The notes under the pieces were generated by a model, which made no database searches, was not told the DNA's origin, and saw nothing but the letters and a program-made list of their open reading frames with translations. Below, piece after piece: positions 39,701-49,064 of a stretch of 64,000 nucleotides of DNA. The stretch spans positions 62,001 through 126,000 of the forward strand of contig NW_020846537.1 of NCBI RefSeq assembly GCF_003704095.1. The letters run 5' to 3'. Every line of letters begins with the position of its first letter. Positions within the stretch are counted from its first letter, which is position 1. Made by a program: the position numbers and the translations under genes. The stretch is from Pocillopora damicornis. Lineage: Eukaryota.

Positions 39701-41524
39701 TTTAATTCATTAAAATTGTGATGAGATTCCTCTGCGGGAACGCGGAATTCACTGAAAGATGCCTAGCTTCCAACATGTGGCTTCGTTGCTCAGTTGGTAG
39801 TTGCGCCCAACCAGAATCCGGGAGGAGGCGTGGGTTCGAATCCTATTAAGGCTTAAATTTGTCAGGCCTCTATTATGTAATTACTTAAATTGCAGTTAGC
39901 CTGCGACAATCGTTCAGATTTACTTCGAGAGATCTCGTTTTTCCTCCGTTTCGTCCACCAATTATGAATTTGCTTGTTTTTAAAGAGAAGAATAACTCGT
40001 ATCAGGAAAAAATTAAAGGCTTGAACTCTACGCTCAAAAATCTTAAAAAGGAATCAGATAAGATGGAGAAAGAAAAAAAGGAACAGAAGTCAAAGCTTAA
40101 TGCGAAAGAGCAAGAATTAGCCAAGCTGAAAGACCTGTTAAAGAAAGAAGAATCGGAAAATAAAAAAGTTTCTGAAGAAGTTGAAAAACTCAAAGAAGAT
40201 AATGACCAGTTGAGGAAAGATTTGGATGCCGAAAAGAAGAAGCTGGAAGAAACAGAGGAGGAATTGCGGGCAGAGACTAAAGCTAAGGGAGATGCCTTGA
40301 ATGAACTGGAGAAATTGAGAGAAGGGTGCGGACGTAAGTAACCTGTTTTTAGTAAGCGCACGTTCATTGAAGGGCTACGGATCTTCGCAAACACCGTGTC
40401 TAAATTTAATCTATTTTTTTTAGGGACCTCTTCATTAGCATTTTAAATCCAAGAATTAATAAATATCTAACTTTTCCTTATAATATCAATGGATTATTCC
40501 GCAAATATTGATGGTCGAAATTTTTAGAGTTAGGCTATTCTAAAGAGTTTCAAGTCGCCTAAGACCGCGAGATCGAAGGGTGTGAGGTTCGAATTCCAGT
40601 CCAGAGTGGAACTAAGATAGTTGTTTCTTTGTTCCAAGCTCGTGAAAAATGTAAAAGATTTCAGGTTCTTCATCATTTAACTTTTATTTTTTCTACAATG
40701 TCATTACTTCCATCACTGGGTGACTAACCTACTTCTTTGACCATAGGAGCAGCAAAAAAATGGATGGATTTCTTGCTCCACCTATCTGAAGTATTTGAAG
40801 AATAATCTATCGGTTGATTGATTGATCTGTCAATGCTATCGGCTTGAGAAGCCACAGCAAGCGTAGAATGCTTTTACCTCAGAACAACCTGACAACAAAG
40901 GAGTTTATCTTACTTTCTGGTGTCCACTCGGGGAACATTTTTTCACCTAATTTTGTTTTTATTTATGCAGGTGTTTTTAACTATAAAAAAGATTTTGACC
41001 GATGTGGAGTTATTTATGCGATGGGAATGAATTTCGGAGCTAATCGGCGTTGGGTAAATCCCAGCAAGAGTGGTGTATCCACAAGAGTAAGTGCCTCAAG
41101 ATCATCTGACGAAGTAGGCTCAGCAACTGATCTGCTTGAACGTTGTCATAAACAGGGGAAGATAAGCGGTACCAAAAACGTGAAGGAATCATGGTGGTGT
41201 GTTGCCTTGAGCGAGAAATACTCATTGTATCTCACACATTATACTCTAAGACACGGTCTGGACAACGGTGGTTCATTCCTCCGTAATTGGCAGCTCGAAG
41301 GGTCGTTTGACGGGTCTACCTGGGAAGTGTTAAAAAAACACCATAATGATAGCAAGCTATGTGAACCCTCTTCGTATACCGCTACCTGGCCGATTGAAGG
41401 AGAAGTTGGAGCTTATAGGTTTTTTCGAGTTGTTCAGAAAGGAAAGAATTCCTCGAACGAATATGGTATTTACCTATCTGGGATTGAACTGTACGGTGTA
41501 CTTATGAAAGGTTACAATAGTTAA
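36760..41524 (+). CDS. Gene E: CARD - coiled coil - HECTD1-type SUN-like/galactose-binding domain protein (514 aa predicted)
   Basis: Exons 36760-37024 (CARD: MNDRHRKIL...DLEP..LL..L...DKLVTEILPRRGNNAFNVFVEGL), 38757-38936, 39148-39345, 39986-40333 (K/E-rich coiled coil), 40971-41524 (DFDRCGVIYAMGMN..WVNP..HYTLRHG..LRNWQLEGSFDG.TW..L..H.ND..L.EP..TATW..YRFFR..Q.GKNSS..LSGIELYG); total 1545 nt, all phase 1. Confidence 0.85.
37290..37475 (+). mobile_element. Degenerate Penelope-like retroelement fragment in intron 1 of gene E
   Basis: 37365-37475 translates QYNASTYEKTEGAAKESPVSAVIVNLYMKSFIEQAVT, matching the PLE-type RT segment FQYNG..YEQ..GAAMGSP.S.V.ANLYME.FE..A. It is preceded by acgtttcgactgatactgttagtcatcttcagg, which resembles a PLE terminus. 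Confidence 0.7.
39765..39925 (+). mobile_element. tRNA-derived SINE-like repeat in intron 3 of gene E
   Basis: A-box-like ttgctcagttggtag and B-box ggttcgaatcc at tRNA-like spacing, no intact cloverleaf, followed by a non-tRNA tail. Confidence 0.65.
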
Positions 41525-44357
41525 CAAGTATGCCAGTAATTCAAAAAGGTTGAAGACCCTAAGGATTCGGAAAGCTTTGGGCATTTTCAATTTTTTGATA
41601 TTACTTTTTTCATTGGAAAGTCACCTCCATTCAAGGAACATCTTAGTCTCGTTTAAAAAAGTTTAGACGTTGTTTAACAAAACCGTGTCCTAAAAAATCC
41701 TCGATTTAACGGAGCCTTTTATTCGTACATTTATTTTTGTGAACAGCGTCAAGAGGGCCGAAAAAGGGCATTAAATCAGTTAATTAACACTCCTCTAGAG
41801 AGAGCCTGAGACCCACTGATTGCGTAAAAGTGTGATTTAGGTTAGACCTCGGTCCCCTTAAAAACGAACTTAAACTTGGAATAAGTAATTTGCAAACTTA
41901 CGCGGCAAGAGACAAAGGGATTCTGTCACAAAAGCTGATTCCTGTCAGTTTATACAAGAATCTGTATTTCTCCCCTAGATTTCCGGGGAAACGCAGGTGC
42001 CTACCTGCCTATGTGCTCGCTGTGCTCTTGTCCATTCGACATAAAAAATCGAAGCAAATTGCAGTATAATAGTCTACCAAGATTAGAAATTTTAGGGTTC
42101 ACTCAACCATTTAGTTGCCAGATAAAGGTGGAAAGTGATAGGGGCATGAGGATAATCATGTGGATAAGAAAGGGAATATTTTCTCTATTAATGTAAAAGT
42201 AAGTTACGTTTTCATAACTCCTTATGGTGAGGGAAAAGGTGGGTCTCTAAGGTAAAATAACTAATTCAAGGCGACTTAATGGACGAGTGGGCCCTAAATT
42301 TCTTAACCTTTGAAGAATATGATGTATTTTTGATGTCAGTCAAAAGAGTACTAAGAACTGTCATCTAGAGAAAATCATGGTCGTCTTGAGAATCAGAAGT
42401 TGTCTTCTTCGTTCGTTCTTGAAGGACTGATGGAGACTTCTTGTCTCTTTTACAACAAATTTTCCTTGTCCAAGAGACATTTCACGAGACTGGTAAAGTA
42501 ACCGAACAATCCACTCGGGATATAGCCTATTATAACATGAAATTCCATAACATGAAAATGTAAGCAATTTGGTAAGAGATTAGTGGCATTTAGAAGAAAG
42601 AATAATTTTTAACGCTTCAGCACAATTCGTCGCCTAATTCCAAGGCAAGTTGCGGGAAACTTTTTATCTTGTGACAACATCTTAATCAGTATGCCAATAA
42701 GAAAATTGCAGCCATAGCAACAGGTTGCTAAGGCAATCAAGTGTTTGATTGGTCGGTAAAATCGGCAGATTACGTCACTGCAATCAAACACACTTGAAGG
42801 TAACGCTGTATAAAAACTATTTCTGAATATCTCTGATGGAGAATCGTGGTGAGTCATTTGCCATGTTCTGATGAAATTGAGTATTACTATTTCACTGATT
42901 GACAGAAGGTCCTCAACTTAACTTTAAGTTATGTTGCTTTAGAAATATTACGGAACGTGAAAAAAGTGTCACAGATTCCAGCACTGATAATACAGCTGAC
43001 TGCGCATCTGAGGTAGAAAAGTTTGCACTCGTCTGACTTGCTTTGTGGTGGAATATTCTTCGACTTTTGGCTGAAGGAATCAGTACGAGGTAGGTTTTCA
43101 ACCGATCCACCTTGAACTCGTGTGCTTTTTTCACTTTGTTGAACCTCTGACAATAAATCCAACGTAAACGTTATGCTCAACTGCTACGAGAAGAATATAT
43201 TTCTTCTAAGCCTTGTGTTCTAGTATCATTAAGTTTGACCTCTTGCACAGCTACAAGATGCGTTTTGTACAGAGTCCATCTCCTAACATTTGACCAAACT
43301 GCCATTTCATCCCGCTAATTCACGCCAGTTAAATATTTAATCACTTCATGGCGAGTTTTAACAACCTTGTTTACACTTATCAAAGATATACAATATACAA
43401 TAACTCTTGTCAGTGGGACTATTTGGACGATATTCGCTAATATAAACACTGCATATTTAGTAAATGGTTCACTTAGCATCGCACTAACACACAACACGTG
43501 CAAAGTACTTTAGGTTGTACTTAGTGAAGAGCTTGAAGTAAAATTAACAACGCCTTAGTAAAATAGGATCTAAATCTGCACCATAACAACGTTCTTCTGA
43601 GCGCAACTAACAATTTGAGAGTGTTCAGAAAGATTAGCGGATATCACTGTTGCGTAGAATAACACTCTTTTTCTCACAAAACCGAGAGGCTTGTTATTCT
43701 TTATGGCCTGAAGACTGTCTCAGAAGAAAGGTGACATTTTATTTACCAAAACTTGCCGACTTCTAAAATCGAGAGTACAAGTATTAATTAATGAGCTGAA
43801 TAATCTTTTCTTTACACTAAGGTGTACGGGAGTTAACAATACCTCTTTGAATTTGACCACCTGAACAGAACATCTATTGTTAAGATATTCAATTGAGAGG
43901 CAAGAAAAGTTATTCATTTGCAAATTTTACGGTCATCTTTATGCAGAGTCCCTTCCGGCCATAGAAACTTGCAGAATAGTTGAAAATACCTTTTTTCAAT
44001 GAAAACTCAAAGCTTCTTTGAAGTGATAATCGAGTAAAAACTGCTTGATCGCCATATATTTCTACTAGTTTTTGCGAATCCATGTCAAAAAAATTTGAAA
44101 CGAAGATCCTATGTTTTAATGACATGGCTTATGTTATCTACAGTGGCATGTCATAGCACATGAAAGCGGAAGAAATTCGTGTGAGAGAAGGACAACGAAA
44201 ACCAAACCTAATGGGTCTATTATCAATTGTTGAAAGTTAAAATGCATTTAAACCCGCAGGTTTCTCTTGGCAAGGCTAGTGTTGTTGGCAAGTTGCACTT
44301 TGCAGAAAAATTTAACGACGCTTCTGAGATAGAGACTGGTGTTGAACCCAAGACAAC

Positions 44358-47300
44358 ATGAATGAAAGGCATCGAGACATCTTGCGTCGCCACTGGTCGG
44401 CGCTCAGGAGAGACTTGGAACCAGTTAAGCTTCTACCTTATCTGGTAAACGTATTGGACGTCACAGACGAACAGGAAGTGAAGGTGAAGGCCACACGAGA
44501 GGACAGAACAGACAAACTGTTAGAGATCCTACCCAGGAGAGGACCAGCTGCTTTTGATGAGTTTGTGACAGCATTACAAGAAATCCAGCCATTTTTAGCT
44601 ACTCCTTTGGTCAAAGAAGCTGGTAAGTCACCTAGTAATGGAAGTAATGACATTGTAGAAGAAATACTTGGGGAGGAGAGGGGTGGGGGGTGATGTAGAC
44701 TGGCGAAGGAGTGGTGGGTGAGCCTCGAAAGGTCATGATAAGTTTACGTCAAAAAAATTTTTTTTAAATCTATATCGACAATAGGCATGCGGATTTTATT
44801 TGTGGAACCGGAATTTCCAACTGACTTTTTTCTCGATCGATCCTCATACTTATTCCTTAAAAACAGGAATGGGAAATTAATTGAAAAATAAAGACATAAA
44901 TATGTAAAATTTTCCCGGTTGGAAACACGCAGTGATTTTAAGGCCTTACTTGTGTGGAATCATTCTTATCTATAATTGCTTAACTCTTTAATCATTCATA
45001 GCAAGGCCCAGTAAAGTCTTACAGGATTAATTAACAAACAAGCAAAATACATAACAAATTCTATTTATAAGATGAGGCTATTTTTGCGGCTGAAGTGATG
45101 TTTCATCCGGTACCTGAGGTTAATTGCCGACATGATACTCCCCACTGATTACCAAAATAAAGCATCTCAGTTGAATAGAGCTGGGCAACAAATGATTGAA
45201 CAATTTGGGCCCATCGTCCGAATATAAAAATATTCAGTGGAACTCAGACCCAGATCACTCCAAATTTTTTTTGCACCAATGAACGTTAAGAAATGGAGGG
45301 GAACCGTTATAATTGAACAAAAAAAATAGAATGATTACAAAATAAAAACACCGAAGGGTACCAAAAATGTTCCTAAATGGCTTTCTCTTTTCTAGAAATG
45401 GAGGAAATAAAGACAGAGCTTAACCGCGCAAGAACGCACAGTGCAAGGTTACGTGAAGAAGTTCGTCTGATGAGGACAGGTTTAGAAAACGAGCAACAAA
45501 AGCATAGGAAAACGCAGAAAGAACTCAAGGAGCTAAAGAGCATACACGAAACGCTCATGGTGAGAAGTAACGACGACCAGAGGATTTTGCAAGCACAAGT
45601 TAAAGAATTTGAGAATAAAATCAAAACCATGGAGGAAGAATTGTCCGCTAAAGAGGTTTTCGTTGAGGAAACAGATCGTTTAAGAAAAATGTGTGATAAG
45701 CTAGACGATGATTTGAGAAACCTTAGGGAAAACTTTGAAAAGACCTCCGAGGAAAATAAAGAACTTGCAAAAAAACTGTCAGGCTACCAAAATAATACTT
45801 TAAATCAAAGCAACTCTCCTGATATGACCAGTCTTATGTCGATGCAAGTGGGGCTCAAAATCTACAACGGGCACGAGCCAAACTTTCATCTTATTGGAAA
45901 TACAGACGAGGAGATGAAGCTCGCATTTCGCAAAAACAGAGCCATCTCAACAGAACTGCTAGATGAGGCAAGGAAAGACTTGGCTAATGTAACAAAAGAA
46001 CACGAAGATTTGAAACAAAAATATGAAGAGCTTGAGAGACAACTCGAGGACACCCTCGAAAGTTTGGAAAGGAAAAGAAGCGCCAGTTTTCACGACCGAG
46101 CGACGTCTCCCAGAGAAATGAAGCAGGATGACTCTGAAGGTAAGTTAGTAAAGTATATCTGTCATTGCGGATTATATTTTATTTTAATAATTGTGAACAA
46201 ACGCGGCAGGTTTTTTACGCCAGCTTTTTTTTTAGTCTTTCGAGTCGTTGTTATCACCATATTCAGTCTTTTGCGCTTCGTGCTCGTTACGAATCGCTCG
46301 TAGCTCGTGCTCGTCACGGGTCGCTCGTTGTTCTTCCTCGTCACGGGTCGCTCGCAGTTCGTGCTCGTCACAGGTCGCTCGTCGTTCGTGCTCGTCACAA
46401 GTCGCTCGTCGTTCGTGCTCGTCACGAGTCGCTCGTAGCTCGTGCTCGTCTTTTAGGGTTTACGAAACCGCTTGAGGGGAGGAAAGGGGAACATGAATTT
46501 ACTGGTATTTGATTCACAATAAGTTTTAAACAGAACTGGCGTCTTAAGGTGTTTCCCTAACTACAGAGGTTTATATCCACTCGTTTTGCACAAGTGCTTA
46601 TAATCTACTTCTTTCCGAATGGCTTTGGAGGAGGACTATGCATCATCACCACTAACGAGACTGTCTGGCATAAGTATCATAACTGTGTAGATTGGATCGG
46701 AATATACAGAGTCCAGTCAAGCAGGGTAGAGACCATCAATTATTATTTTCGGTTTGCTCATTTATTTTTACTTGTTTTCTTTTTGCGTAGAGGATAATCA
46801 ATGTTCGCGTTGTGATGCATTAGAAGAAGAATGTACCTTATTACGAACTGAGAGAGACTTCATCAAAGGAAAGAAAGTTAAGTTTGAAGAAGAAATTAAG
46901 ACATTAAACAAAGATATTGAAGATCTTCGCTCTGAGCACACAAAGGAGAAAAAGACTCTACAAAGGGAAATACAAGTTATGAGAGAAGAACATGAAAACT
47001 TGACGAGGGACTTTGAGAAAGAGTTACAAAAGATGTTGTGTGAAGTGAACGAACAACAAATTGCTGAGATGAAAATGTTGCAAGGGAAAAATGAAGAACT
47101 AACTGAGCTTTTGAAAAAACAAAAGTCAGAGGTTCAAAAGATCTCCACCCAACTGAAAAAAGAAAAATCAAATTTTGATAAAATCGAAGATGAGTTTGTC
47201 AAGGTGAAGAAAAACTTAGCTCGCGAGAAAAAGAAGCTTAAAGAGGCCAAGGAAGGCATGGCGGCAGAGGCTAAAGGAAAGACAGATGCCCTGAGAGAAC

Positions 47301-48353
47301 TGGCGAAATTGAAGGTTGAACTTGGTGAGAAAGAAAAACAAAAGGAAGAAGACTTTGCACGACTTCGTAAGGACTTCTTGGATCGTTGTCATTGTGAAGC
47401 GTTGAGGGAAGAAATCGCAAGACTAAGGAGCATGCCAGGACGTAAGTATGGTAACTGCATTTTATTAGTGTGCATTGTGATTGGTCTAGAAACTCACGCC
47501 ACCTCATCGACCGATCAAATTAAACAAAATCCAATCGCAGCTTGGTTACTCGCGTTTTCCCGCGCTTAAAGCCCTTGGAAGAGCTTGGTCACTCGCGTTT
47601 TCCCGCGTTAAAAGCCGTAGGAAGAGCAATCCTCAGAGCGGCAAAATATATCGCTCTAGAACAAGAATAATCTGACTGATTACCGATCGATTGATGTACC
47701 AATAAACTAATCCCGATGAATTAGAATCTCATCTGTCTTGTAGAGTTTTACGAGAAGAATATTCACATTCATGATATTTTCTGTCCTTTTTTAACCTAGG
47801 TGTTTTGAACTACAGGAAGGATTTTGATAGACATGGAGTCATCTATGCATTAGGAACAAATTTTGGTACCTCATCATGGGTGAATCCTAGTAGCTCAAAC
47901 GCTTTTCCGACGAGAATAATCGCCACACGATCTTCTGACGAACAAGGCTCGGCAAGTGATCTGCTAGATATTCGGAGAGGCGGATCATTAAGCGGCACCA
48001 AAGACGAGGAAAAATCGTGGTGGTGTGTTGACTTGAGCGAGAAATATGCTCTTTATCTCACACATTACACTCTCAGACATGGGCGAGACAACGGTATGTC
48101 AATCATTCGTAATTGGCGGCTTGAAGGATCGTTGGACGGACGTACTTGGAAACTGTTAAAGAAACACGAGAATGATCGCGGGCTTAAGGAGCCTTACCCA
48201 TATTACACCGCAACCTGGTGTGTCGATGGGGAGTTCGGAGCTTTTCGGTATTTCAGGATTTTTCAGACGAGCAAGAACTCTTCAGGGAGACATAGCATTT
48301 ATTTATCTGGTATTGAGCTGTATGGAGTCCTTATTGAACGACTCGACAGTTAA
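44358..48353 (+). CDS. Gene F: CARD - long coiled coil - HECTD1-type SUN-like/galactose-binding domain protein (737 aa predicted)
   Basis: Exons 44358-44622 (CARD: LLEILPRRGPAAFDEFVTALQE, caspase-2/RAIDD-like), 45396-46139, 46791-47441, 47800-48353; total 2214 nt, open frame, all phase-1 GT-AG introns. Confidence 0.9.
46276..46450. repeat. 27-bp CpG-rich minisatellite, about 6.5 copies, in intron 2 of gene F
   Basis: Unit gttcgtgctcgtcac(g/a)(g/a)gtcgctcgt(c/a), read directly from the sequence. Confidence 0.95.
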
Positions 48354-49064
48354 TGAATTTATAAATAGAACGAAAAAATTGATAAATTAACTAAGGGCAC
48401 TAAAGGATTTTTCAATTTCCTTTCGCTTCTTAGTGTATTTTATGTAGAGTCACACATAGAAAAGTCATTAAACAAGGTAGACTAACTAAGAAAAAAAAAA
48501 TATTTTTAACTAACATTAAATCACCTTGAACGCAAGTTGTGGACTTGTGGTTTCCCCTTGCAAGCAAAGGCTAATCTAAAATGCTAAAAAATTGGTCAAG
48601 CCTTAAGGCACAACGTTTTACCATTTGAGAATTATTCGATAGGGCCTGGGAAATCAAGGCCCGTCGGGATCTTTCGAAGTAAAGTATTCCAGTCAAACCT
48701 CATTCTAGCACATAATTCAGACCAATTCTAACCGCTTATCAACCTGTCATTGTTTTTGGAGAATGAAAGCGTGTAACATTGACCTCGTGACGCGAAAGTT
48801 AGCGAGTTCAAGATTCTGAGGAGAAAAGAAAGGGCATTACCCTTTCTTGAATTTGCATTTCTGCACGGAAAAATTACTCACATCACCAACTGCTCGTATG
48901 ACACTTTATTTGTTGTTAAAACATTCTAACGTCATCTTTGATCTGCGACGGAACAGACCCGCGGGACAATTGAAATTAATTGTTTGTTCTCCCTTATTTT
49001 TTCAAAGTTTGACCGCAAGTGACTACGTGTCTCCATAAAAAGTAACTGTTTAAAACAGTTTTTG

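Noticed and set aside
39779-39850. tRNA gene
   Set aside because: A and B boxes are present, but acceptor and anticodon stems do not pair; treated as SINE-like.
46162-46512. Repetitive ORFs or a CRISPR-like array
   Set aside because: Head-to-tail 27-bp units without unique spacers, in a eukaryotic intron; the ORFs are by-products.
40844-48353. Calling genes E/F (or A-D) HECTD1
   Set aside because: Only the SUN-like domain is shared; no ankyrin, MIB-HERC2 or HECT sequence is visible, and the frames stop right after the domain.
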